DNA of 64,000 nt, taken from Bacteroidota bacterium (lineage in GTDB: Bacteria; Bacteroidota; Ignavibacteria; Kapaibacteriales; UBA2268). Where the stretch lies: NCBI GenBank assembly GCA_048267165.1, contig JBLWYD010000001.1, forward strand, positions 73 to 64,072, written 5' to 3'. The first letter of the stretch is position 1, and each line of letters opens with the position of its first letter. Shown one piece after another: positions 46,985-55,556 of the stretch. The translations under genes were made by a program, and so were the position numbers. The notes under the pieces were generated by a model. That model ran no database searches, was not told the origin of the DNA, and saw only the letters and a program-made list of their open reading frames with translations.

Positions 46985-47368
46985 AAAAAAAAGCTCTACT
47001 TAATTAAAAGTAGAGCTTTTCTCGTTCGTCGGGCCTGTCAAGCTATAAGCATGAGTGGCAGGATTTGAATAACGCTGAAAGCGTCACAAGCTCTGCGGCC
47101 CTCACGCCAAAGGCGTGATGCGCTAACCGGACTATTTAGCTCTACAATAATCATATCAAAAAAAAGCTCTACCTAATTAAAAGTAGAGCTTCTCTCGTTC
47201 GTCGGGCCTGTCAAGCTATAAGCATGAGTGGCAGGATTTGAATAACGCTGAAAGCGTTACGGCCCTCACGCCAAAGGCGTGATGCGCTAACCGGACTATT
47301 TAGCTCTACAATAATCATATCAAAAAAAAAGCTCTACCTAATTAAAAGTAGAGCTTTTCTCGTTCGTG
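46985..47368 (-). repeat. two decayed tandem copies (165-173 bp period) of the tRNA-Pro + terminator unit, followed by the terminator of the intact copy
   Basis: The hairpin AAGCTCTAC-N-GTAGAGCTT recurs at 46991, 47164 and 47329. Copies 1-2 retain tRNA fragments (GCGCTAACCGGACT, TGGCAGGATTTGAA) but have broken T and acceptor stems. Confidence 0.85.
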
Positions 47369-47443
47369 TCGGGGTGGCAGGATTTGAACCTGCGGCCCCT
47401 TGGTCCCAAACCAAGTGCGCTAACCGGACTGCGCCACACCCCG
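47369..47443 (-). tRNA. tRNA-Pro (anticodon UGG)
   Basis: The minus-strand sequence is CGGGGTGTGGCGCAGTCCGGTTAGCGCACTTGGTTTGGGACCAAGGGGCCGCAGGTTCAAATCCTGCCACCCCGA. It folds as a cloverleaf with acceptor CGGGGTG/CACCCCG, anticodon stem CTTGG/CCAAG with loop TTTGGGA, and T arm GCAGG-TTCAAAT-CCTGC. Confidence 0.93.
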
Positions 47444-47581
47444 AACGGGTATAATATTTTCATCTTCTGTAAAAAAGATAGGCACAAAATTGATAATTCT
47501 TTCACTAATTACCAAATTTATTTTTAAAACAACTGCATTTATTTTAATTTGAGATTAATTCAAGCATATTTACACAATACT

Positions 47582-48253
47582 ATGAAACTGACAAAAAACG
47601 AAGAAGACTACCTAAAGGCACTGTTCAACCTTACGATTGAACGCGATGGTGACAAGGCAGGTACTAACCAAGTAGCAGAGCATTTGGGGTTTTCGCCTGC
47701 CGCCGTGAATGGAATGTTGAAGAAGCTAAAGGCCAAAGGACTTGTTTCATATAAGAAATACGGAAAGCTAGAGTTGACCGAAGAAGGCAATAATATAGCT
47801 CTGCAACTTATTCGTAAACATAGACTTTGGGAAACTTTCCTTTATAAATGCATGAATTTCGGCTGGGATGAAGTTCACGTTGTGGCGGAACAGTTAGAAC
47901 ACATAGAATCGGACAAATTAATAGCTGAGTTGGATAGATTTCTTGGTTTCCCGAGTACTGACCCACACGGTGCTATTATTCCCAACAAAGATGGCGAATA
48001 TACCGATAGACCTAAGCAAACCCTAAACGAAATGGAAGATAATGCTGTTTGTAGGATTGTAGCTGTCAAAGATAGCTCTGTCGAATTTCTCAAATACGTG
48101 ACAAAAATCGGATTGGAACTTAGCAGTAAGATCAAAGTCATAGAGAAACGTGAGTTCGACGAATCATCACTTATAGAATTTAATGACAGGCAACTCTCAG
48201 TCTCTAAGAAATTCTGCGAGAATATATTCGTCGAAGAATTAGCAAAAAAATAA
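47582..48253 (+). CDS. mntR: DtxR/MntR-family metal-dependent transcriptional repressor with a FeoA/SH3-like C-terminal domain
   Basis: EDYLKALF, an HTH region VAEHLGFSPAAVNGMLKKL, and LIRKHRLWETFL ... DPHG. Confidence 0.85.
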   Translation: MKLTKNEEDYLKALFNLTIERDGDKAGTNQVAEHLGFSPAAVNGMLKKLKAKGLVSYKKYGKLELTEEGNNIALQLIRKHRLWETFLYKCMNFGWDEVHVVAEQLEHIESDKLIAELDRFLGFPSTDPHGAIIPNKDGEYTDRPKQTLNEMEDNAVCRIVAVKDSSVEFLKYVTKIGLELSSKIKVIEKREFDESSLIEFNDRQLSVSKKFCENIFVEELAKK

Positions 48254-48274
48254 CAACAAATACCTAGATAGAAA

Positions 48275-49465
48275 ATGATAAAAAAATCTCTCATAGACTT
48301 ACTTTTCAAAGGCTTTTCCATAGTTAGATGGAATGATAAACTAAGACCCATAGACCTAATCCAAATCGATAAACATTCGCATAAGATGATGATTGCTTAT
48401 TGCTTCGCCAAATACGAGGAAGAAGCAGGCAAAGAATTCGTGTGGAATGACATTATCAAAGGCGGTATATACGAGCTTATCAGACGAAACGTGATTAGTG
48501 ATATACAATCTCCTGTCTTCAAAGAAATAAGCAAGAATAAGTCATTAGTTAAAAAGCTCAACTTCATGATATACAAGGAAGTAGAAGGCAAATTCAGCAA
48601 TGATGAGATAAAAGAAGAGTTCTACCGCTATATGACCGAAGATGATTATATACACCCCTATAGCCAGCGAATACTCGATGCAGCGCACATATACTCTACC
48701 TACTATGAGTTCTTAATAGTCCGCCATGCAAACCCCGAGGGCTATAAGATAGACCATATTCACAAAGAATTGGTCAACGAAGTTGAGAAATATAGCGATT
48801 TGGTGGGCATACAGAATATTCTCAATAAGCAGAAAATCAAGAATTTCGTAGAACTGACGGGCGAACTCCGCTACCAAGTACGCTGGGGGCATCTGCCACG
48901 CATACCCAATACCTCCGTTTTGGGGCACACAATGCTCGTAGCTTGCCTTTCTTACTTCCTGACTAAGGCAATACCGAATGTGGCAGACAAACGCATATAC
49001 AACAACTTTTGGGGTGGAATATTCCACGATTTGCCCGAAGTAGTGACAAGAGACATAATAAAGCCTGTTAAACGCTCCGTACCGGGAATGCAAGAAGAGA
49101 TAAAACGAATAGAAGAAATGCTTGCTGACCAAGAGATATTCCCACAAATAGAAGCAGAATGGATAGACGAGATGAAGTTTTTCACTCGTGATGAGTTCTG
49201 TGCTAAGATAAACAATGGCGAGATAGTCGAGCAAGATGAAATAAACCGAAGTTACAATAGCAACGAGTTCAATCCCTACGATGGCACTTTACTCAAAGTA
49301 GCTGACGATTTCGCGGCATTCTTAGAAGCACGCAATTCAATAGATTACGGTATCCGTTCTAAAGAATTGGAAGAAGCGGCACGAGGAATTACCCGTAAGT
49401 ATGCTGATAAAACAATAGCCGGAGTTCCTGTCTATCAACTATTCGACGAATACAACGAGAAGTAA
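48275..49465 (+). CDS. HD-domain phosphohydrolase
   Basis: LGHTMLVA ... GIFHDLPEVVTRDI gives an H...HD...D metal-binding pattern. Confidence 0.7.
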   Translation: MIKKSLIDLLFKGFSIVRWNDKLRPIDLIQIDKHSHKMMIAYCFAKYEEEAGKEFVWNDIIKGGIYELIRRNVISDIQSPVFKEISKNKSLVKKLNFMIYKEVEGKFSNDEIKEEFYRYMTEDDYIHPYSQRILDAAHIYSTYYEFLIVRHANPEGYKIDHIHKELVNEVEKYSDLVGIQNILNKQKIKNFVELTGELRYQVRWGHLPRIPNTSVLGHTMLVACLSYFLTKAIPNVADKRIYNNFWGGIFHDLPEVVTRDIIKPVKRSVPGMQEEIKRIEEMLADQEIFPQIEAEWIDEMKFFTRDEFCAKINNGEIVEQDEINRSYNSNEFNPYDGTLLKVADDFAAFLEARNSIDYGIRSKELEEAARGITRKYADKTIAGVPVYQLFDEYNEK

Positions 49466-49657
49466 ATGGATCCGAAAATAAAGAATATAGCGATGTTCGT
49501 ACTTATGGGAGTAGGGTGCTTTTTCTTCTTCCTGTATTTTGTGAATCTGGAATGGTACTATGCCCTAGGTGTTACGCTGCTGTATATGTATATGCTATTC
49601 CGTTCTTTCCAACGCAAAGAAAAGATATTAGCAGAGGGAGAGGATGAACCCTTATAG
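49466..49657 (+). CDS. small two-TM membrane protein, paralogue 1 of 3
   Basis: It is 63 aa, and its ATG directly abuts the HD gene stop. Two hydrophobic helices precede a charged tail. Confidence 0.5.
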   Translation: MDPKIKNIAMFVLMGVGCFFFFLYFVNLEWYYALGVTLLYMYMLFRSFQRKEKILAEGEDEPL

Positions 49658-49844
49658 AAAATCAATCCTATTCATGACGCTAATCTCTATTCCGGGGATA
49701 CTATTATTGTACTATGTGGCTGAGTGGAGTATCTGGCAAATAGCGGTAATACTTGCTATCCAAACAGTTTACTACCTCTATATATTCAAGAAAGAAAGCA
49801 GGAACGAGAAAAAGGATTTAAGCAAGAAATTGGGGAAAGGATAA
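49644..49844 (+). CDS. small two-TM membrane protein, paralogue 2 of 3
   Basis: It is 66 aa and overlaps paralogue 1 by 14 nt. The AEWSIWQIAVILAIQ core is similar to paralogue 3. Confidence 0.5.
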   Translation: MNPYRKSILFMTLISIPGILLLYYVAEWSIWQIAVILAIQTVYYLYIFKKESRNEKKDLSKKLGKG

Positions 49845-49849
49845 ATAGA

Positions 49850-50050
49850 ATGAACAGAAACCAGAAATTATTATTAGTATTCATAGTACTAACTATACCA
49901 GCAGGTATTGCACTATACAGTATTGCCAAATGGGCAATATGGGCTATAGTATTAGTAATAATAATGCAAGGGTTAAACTTTTATTACAGCACTAGAAAGA
50001 TGTTAAGTGACGAGAAAAAAGAATGGGACGAGAAGTGGGGTAAACGTTAA
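49850..50050 (+). CDS. small two-TM membrane protein, paralogue 3 of 3
   Basis: It is a 66-aa product from an internal ATG of the listed ORF. AKWAIWAIVLVIIMQ parallels paralogue 2. Confidence 0.5.
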   Translation: MNRNQKLLLVFIVLTIPAGIALYSIAKWAIWAIVLVIIMQGLNFYYSTRKMLSDEKKEWDEKWGKR

Positions 50051-50235
50051 CCGTTTGACTTTATCAATATATCCCATTGCCATCTAGCCTACCCTATTTG
50101 CATTATCCACATACTATTACTATATTTAGCGAAGCCGAACCGTACCACAAGAAAAAACTTTCGTCTTTTGTGAGACGTTTTTGCTGTTGGGGTGTCTATA
50201 TAGGTATGGACTTGTGCAAATTTGGAAAAACTATT

Positions 50236-53200
50236 ATGAAAACGTTACTAAAAATTATTATCGCACTACTATTTGTACCTTGTTTATCTTTCGCCCAATT
50301 AGAATATCATAATTGGATTTACGGAGATAATATAGACCAAGACCCGGGAGAAAATCTTACTGGTATCACGTTTATGGCAGAATCTGGTGACCCTGAGTAT
50401 ATGAATATTCGTGTGTCTTTTGGTAGAGATACCTCATACTATTTTAGGACAGATGAAGGAAGTGCTTGCTTATCTAATTCAGATGGAATACTTCAATATC
50501 ATACCGTGCGAAATGGTTTATTAAGCTTTAAGAATGACAATATAGTTTCTGATATATATAAAGCAAATAAGGAGTTAAAGGAAGACGCTGTTATTATTGA
50601 TGTCCCAAAGTTAGATGGGTCTTTTGGAGGGTCTCAATACGTAAGTCTTGTTCCTGCAGGCGGAAAAACAGTAAGAATCGCTACTAGTTCGAATTATCAA
50701 CTTCAACAAGATTTAACTTTTGTCATCATTTCATCTGAAAATAGTAAACTAAAGATTAGCGATAAAAAAGTAATAAAAAATAATTATGGCAACGAATCAA
50801 TTGCTGTCATTAAAGATTTTGACACAAATACATTTTATTTGGTCGCAAATGACAAATTAGAAAAAGTACATTATTTGTATAAATATGATGTAGCAACAGA
50901 ATCATTTATTGTCAAAGATAAAATCGATTCATTTATGGAAGTTGCAGCACGTAATGGAGAACCTATATTAATGGGGACTATTAAAGCATCTCCCAATGGA
51001 AAATTCATAGTTGTCACAAATGCAGATAGTTACAATGGTGTAGAGGTACTTAAATTTGATAGAAGTACTGAAAAATTAGAGCTAATTAAAACTTTTAATG
51101 ATGATGACGCAGAGGGAAAATATATTAGGAAATACACAGGAGAATTTTCGCATGATAGCAAACATTTTTACATGGTTGGAGATAATAGTAATATAATTGT
51201 AATTACCAATTTCAGTGATGTCGATAACTTACAGATCAAGCAAGTAGCTTATATAAATTATAATAATAATTGGAGTGATCACCGAACTCAGTTTCTATTA
51301 GGTCCAAATGGGAAAATTTATTTTTCTGATAATGATGGTACTCAAAGCGATGGTGATAGAGACTATTTGTCGGCTATCGAAAACTCAAATGATTTAAGTA
51401 ATATCAAGTTTGTAAGAGAGTCTGTTATTTTACCTAATACTAGTTCAAATTCCTCAGGGCATAACTTCGAAGGATTCCCCAACATCCCAACATCCTACTA
51501 CTTCCAAGTATCAACTCCATCAGATAGCATTATAATATGTGAGGGTGACGAAATATACATTGAACTTGAAACCCTGAACGAACCAGAAGTAGTCGAGTAT
51601 ATATGGACTACAAAGAATGGTAAAAAATATGAAATGAAAAACTTGAAAATAGACTCGGCGACTAAATCTATGTCAGGTTTGCTCGAATTATCAATCAAAT
51701 CTATTGGGTATAATTTCAAACGACAAGTATATGTAAAAGTAAAAGGCCCAACAGTAGGGCTACGGACTAATAGAACATCAATTTGTGAAGGTGATACGAA
51801 TACCATCTCCATTAGGAATCCGTATATTGAACAAGCATCTGCGAGTATATTATGGAGTAATGGTGACACTACAAGCTCTACGGTCGTTTATTCACCGGGT
51901 GAGTATTCGGTTACAGTAGTCGATTTTGATGGATGCTCTGTTACGGAGAGTATAATAATTGATGACGCCAAGCCCGAAATAGAAATCAACCCATTATTTC
52001 CAACTATCTTTTGTGTTGGAGACAGTACGATATTAGAGGTTACCCCTTACGATAATAACAGTATATACACTTGGTCATCGGGCGAACTAGGCAAACAAAT
52101 AACTGTAAAGACAGGTGGAACATATTCTGTACGAGTACTAGAAGGAGAGAATTGTAGAGATACTGCATTCATAGATGTGAAAGTTAACGAGAACCTAGAA
52201 CCTGATTTAACCGGAACAAAACTATGCTCTGGCGAATCAGCAACATTAACAGCATCACCCAACGACCCGAGTTATACCTACCTATGGAGCAATGGTGAAG
52301 AAACACCAGTAATAGTCGTAAACCAAGCTGGAACATATTCAGTGACGGTCAGCAAAGCAGGTTGCGTTGGAACAGCAGAATACACAGTAAGCGAAAGCCC
52401 AACACCAGTGTTTAATATAGAAGGTGAGAGTATTATCTGTAATAACGAAACGGCAAACCTAAGTAGTAGCGAAGACTTCGCTGAATACCTATGGTCAACG
52501 AATGAAATCACAAAAGAAATAGAAGTCAATCAAGCTGGAACATATTCATTAACAGTAACCGATGAAAACGGATGTACGGCAACAGAATCAGTAACGGTTG
52601 ATAAATATGAACTGAAATTCGACATTAGCAAAGGCAGTATAGATTTTGGGAAAGTCTATATAACAGAGAATCCTATGGATTCTGTTGTTATAATTAATAC
52701 AAGTGGTGTAGATGTGGTAATGGATTTAGGTCAACCAACGATGCTATTAGATGGACAAAGTTATAAGTATAAGAAGACTTTGGAACCAAATGAATTGGGC
52801 ATTTATAATGATACTCACACACTGCATGTAATAGAGCCATGCGACACAGTAATCACAATTCCTATAACAGCAAGTGTATATGCAAGAACTACTATTAGCA
52901 CAGAAGATATATACACTCAAATCGGACAAACAGAGACTATACCTATTTATCTAGAATGCGAAGCTGATTTACCATCGCAAGAATACTCAATCACAACTGA
53001 TATTGATAGATCTGTATTCTTCACGAACGATAGTTATACTATAACTCAGAATCAACCAATAAATAAAACAAAGACTAACATTCATAACCTAACTGGAACA
53101 ATACTATTATCAGATGATTTGGAATATGATATTACATTCCCTAGCTACTCATTTACTAATCCTTACATAGAAGTGATTGAACAACCTGGTAAGATTTACA

Positions 53201-53502
53201 TAGATTCTGTGTGTGTGTTTGATTTTAGAAGCATACAATTGGTAGACCCAACAACGCTTGACATAAACCCTAACCCAGCTAGTGAGCAGTTGAATATAGA
53301 CATCACCACTGGCGTACAAGGGACAATGAAGCTAGAACTAGTGGCTACAGATGGTAGAGTTATCTACTCCGACGAATGGACACAATCAACCAAGTCGAAG
53401 CAGATGCAGATAAATACAATCAATATCCCAAGTGGATTATATCAAGTTCGATTGATTACACCTTATGATGCTATTACGAAGAGCGTAATTGTGGTGGAGT
53501 AG
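50236..53502 (+). CDS. large secreted protein with Cys-containing Ig-like tandem repeats and a T9SS C-terminal sorting domain
   Basis: The signal peptide MKTLLKIIIALLFVPCLSFAQ begins at the internal ATG 50236. About 5 repeats of C.GD...L......Y.WS.GE....I.V...G.Y.V.V....GC follow, and the C-terminus is INPNPASEQLNIDI. Confidence 0.75.
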   Translation: MKTLLKIIIALLFVPCLSFAQLEYHNWIYGDNIDQDPGENLTGITFMAESGDPEYMNIRVSFGRDTSYYFRTDEGSACLSNSDGILQYHTVRNGLLSFKNDNIVSDIYKANKELKEDAVIIDVPKLDGSFGGSQYVSLVPAGGKTVRIATSSNYQLQQDLTFVIISSENSKLKISDKKVIKNNYGNESIAVIKDFDTNTFYLVANDKLEKVHYLYKYDVATESFIVKDKIDSFMEVAARNGEPILMGTIKASPNGKFIVVTNADSYNGVEVLKFDRSTEKLELIKTFNDDDAEGKYIRKYTGEFSHDSKHFYMVGDNSNIIVITNFSDVDNLQIKQVAYINYNNNWSDHRTQFLLGPNGKIYFSDNDGTQSDGDRDYLSAIENSNDLSNIKFVRESVILPNTSSNSSGHNFEGFPNIPTSYYFQVSTPSDSIIICEGDEIYIELETLNEPEVVEYIWTTKNGKKYEMKNLKIDSATKSMSGLLELSIKSIGYNFKRQVYVKVKGPTVGLRTNRTSICEGDTNTISIRNPYIEQASASILWSNGDTTSSTVVYSPGEYSVTVVDFDGCSVTESIIIDDAKPEIEINPLFPTIFCVGDSTILEVTPYDNNSIYTWSSGELGKQITVKTGGTYSVRVLEGENCRDTAFIDVKVNENLEPDLTGTKLCSGESATLTASPNDPSYTYLWSNGEETPVIVVNQAGTYSVTVSKAGCVGTAEYTVSESPTPVFNIEGESIICNNETANLSSSEDFAEYLWSTNEITKEIEVNQAGTYSLTVTDENGCTATESVTVDKYELKFDISKGSIDFGKVYITENPMDSVVIINTSGVDVVMDLGQPTMLLDGQSYKYKKTLEPNELGIYNDTHTLHVIEPCDTVITIPITASVYARTTISTEDIYTQIGQTETIPIYLECEADLPSQEYSITTDIDRSVFFTNDSYTITQNQPINKTKTNIHNLTGTILLSDDLEYDITFPSYSFTNPYIEVIEQPGKIYIDSVCVFDFRSIQLVDPTTLDINPNPASEQLNIDITTGVQGTMKLELVATDGRVIYSDEWTQSTKSKQMQINTINIPSGLYQVRLITPYDAITKSVIVVE

Positions 53503-53507
53503 AAATT

Positions 53508-53523
53508 CCCCTCTTTTGAGGGG
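53508..53523. terminator. hairpin between convergent T9SS cargo genes
   Basis: CCCCTC-TTTT-GAGGGG is followed by a family-B-like fragment, CGAAGCAGGACGTGGTG. Confidence 0.4.
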
Positions 53524-53650
53524 TGGACTGCGAAGCAGGACGTGGTGTTAAATTAGAATAAATTACTATGGAATAAATCTGAGTTAAAACACACTTGTCT
53601 CGCATTGCGAGTAGTTAAACTTAGATTAATGAAAATATAAATTTATCATC

Positions 53651-55399
53651 CTATTTGATAAATGTACCTCTATAAAATTCAGAATTGCTATTAATTTCTA
53701 TAATATATTTTCCAGATGGTAAATCAGAAATATTCAAAGTGGTTTCTGTAGTAGATAATTCAAATATTGCCTTACCATTGATATCAAATACACTAATATT
53801 CTTAGACCCCAAAATATCAAAATTTACTTGCTCTTTTGCTGGATTGGGATATATATTTATTGGTAATGTAGCTGATTCTTTAACACTGCTTTCTGTATCT
53901 AATTTAAAAATTGATAAAAAAGAATTTGCTTTACTAACAGGTGATATTGCGTCTTCTTGATAGGCCCCTTGTGTAGTTGGCAAATCATTAGAGTTGCTTT
54001 GACCTGATATTGCTATAGTTCCATCTTCTCCTATATTGAAAGCTCTAACAGCTTCCTTATCGCTACCACCATAGTATGTACAAAATTCTAACTTAGAGAA
54101 ATCTGGATTTAATTTTGCTATATAGGCGTCAGTTACTCCTTTAAAATCAGGAAAAGGGGCATTTAAAGTAGTCGGTAAATCAGTCGAGACTGTCTCACCA
54201 CCAAAGAATAGATTCTGATCTTTATCAACGAACAAACCTTCTGGGTGATCCCCAAGACTCCCTCCAAAATAAGTAGATGCAAGTAACTCTTTGCCATCAT
54301 TTGAAAGTTTAAAAAGTAAACAATCTCTATTATCTGTTGTTGGTTTTATAGCATTTTTAGTTGTTATGATATCTGTAGAACTACTACCGCAAGCAATATA
54401 CGCCTGACCAAGGTGATCTACAAACAAACCATGAGTTTCTGTAGCTTCTGTCCCTGAACCACCAAAATAAGTGCAATAAATAAGTTTTTTACCGTCGGGA
54501 GCAAATCTAGCCACGAACATATCGCCTTCTCCTCCATATTCGGTTTGAACTGCACTATCTGTTACTGGAATATCATCTGAAAGTGTTCCACCACAAACAT
54601 AAACTGATTTATCTTTACCAACTCTTATAGAAGGACCACCATTATCATCGCCTGAGCCACCTATATAACTAGCCCAGATAACTTGAGAACCATCTTGAGA
54701 GAATTTGACTACAACCATATCAGAACCACCATTGTGAGTATTATCGTAACTTTCATCATTTATACCAATTGGTTTGCCTAATACATTATTTAAAATACCA
54801 TAAACAAAACCATCATCATCAATCGCTATATCTCGGAAAAACCCTATCCTATCTCCACCGTAATAAGTTGACCATATTATCTCAGATCCATCAGGAGAAA
54901 GTTTCGTTACGAAACCATTTTGATGACCATATAGATTGTTTCTTTTCGTATTAGTACCAATATAAAAGTCTTTTTGCACTGCGCCTGAAGTAGTTGGGAA
55001 ATCACCACCTGCTCTACCACCTACATATACGAATCCTTCTCTATCAACTTCGATAGCATAGCATCTATCATAATTTGGACCACCTATAAAAGTTGACCAT
55101 AACAATTCACCAGCGGGTGAAAATTTAGATACGAAAGCCATCATTGGTCCACCATTACCCACTAGTGATGAGCCCTCATTATTGTATTGAGTCATATAGG
55201 CTCCCATCGTTACAGGGAAGTCTAAGGATTGAGTTCCACCAGTTATATATATATTACCATCTTTGTCGACTGTTAAATCACGAGCTTGTTCAAAGCCGCT
55301 TCCACCAAGATATGTAGAATAAAAATGAGAATAATTTTGAGATTGAGAAATCAATGGAACTGTAATAATGAATGTTATTAATAGTATAATAGTTTTCAT
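53651..55399 (-). CDS. secreted SBBP/beta-propeller-repeat protein with a T9SS C-terminal domain
   Basis: It has a signal peptide, the same repeat pattern as 29698-32163 (YLGGSG.E...D...D..GN.Y..G.T.S.DFP.T), and the C-terminus NIYPNPAKEQVNFDI. Confidence 0.75.
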   Translation of the reverse strand: MKTIILLITFIITVPLISQSQNYSHFYSTYLGGSGFEQARDLTVDKDGNIYITGGTQSLDFPVTMGAYMTQYNNEGSSLVGNGGPMMAFVSKFSPAGELLWSTFIGGPNYDRCYAIEVDREGFVYVGGRAGGDFPTTSGAVQKDFYIGTNTKRNNLYGHQNGFVTKLSPDGSEIIWSTYYGGDRIGFFRDIAIDDDGFVYGILNNVLGKPIGINDESYDNTHNGGSDMVVVKFSQDGSQVIWASYIGGSGDDNGGPSIRVGKDKSVYVCGGTLSDDIPVTDSAVQTEYGGEGDMFVARFAPDGKKLIYCTYFGGSGTEATETHGLFVDHLGQAYIACGSSSTDIITTKNAIKPTTDNRDCLLFKLSNDGKELLASTYFGGSLGDHPEGLFVDKDQNLFFGGETVSTDLPTTLNAPFPDFKGVTDAYIAKLNPDFSKLEFCTYYGGSDKEAVRAFNIGEDGTIAISGQSNSNDLPTTQGAYQEDAISPVSKANSFLSIFKLDTESSVKESATLPINIYPNPAKEQVNFDILGSKNISVFDINGKAIFELSTTETTLNISDLPSGKYIIEINSNSEFYRGTFIK

Positions 55400-55405
55400 A
55401 CTTGT

Positions 55406-55456
55406 TTTGACTAATTAGTTTGACATACTTTGAGTATTAACAAACTAATGTCAAAT
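55406..55456 (-). terminator. imperfect long hairpin downstream of nadB
   Basis: TTTGACTAATTAGTTTG ... CAAACTAATGTCAAA forms an inverted repeat. There is no clear T tract. Confidence 0.3.
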
Positions 55457-55556
55457 TGGTTACATTGTGTTATTATTTTAGAGAAACAATCTTGTTAAAT
55501 TGCTCTTTTCATCCTAAATATAATCTTCGTTATACTTAGATTGACAGGTGTATTAG

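Noticed and set aside
47190-47310. I considered a decayed tRNA copy as a functional tRNA, since a possible anticodon loop CCUUUGG would give Lys-UUU.
   Set aside because: Position 33 would be C rather than U. The T stem 5' half (CGTTA) cannot pair with CCTGC, and no acceptor stem can be formed.
46985-47368. I considered the tandem ~170-bp repeats as a CRISPR array or a minisatellite.
   Set aside because: The whole unit repeats rather than just short direct repeats separated by unique spacers. The period is far too long for CRISPR, and the units are clearly tRNA + terminator derived.
47875-49234. Long antisense ORFs (47875-48351-, 48713-49234-, 48952-49215-) lie opposite the mntR and HD genes.
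   Set aside because: They are shadow ORFs opposite well-supported plus-strand genes, and their products have no recognisable features.
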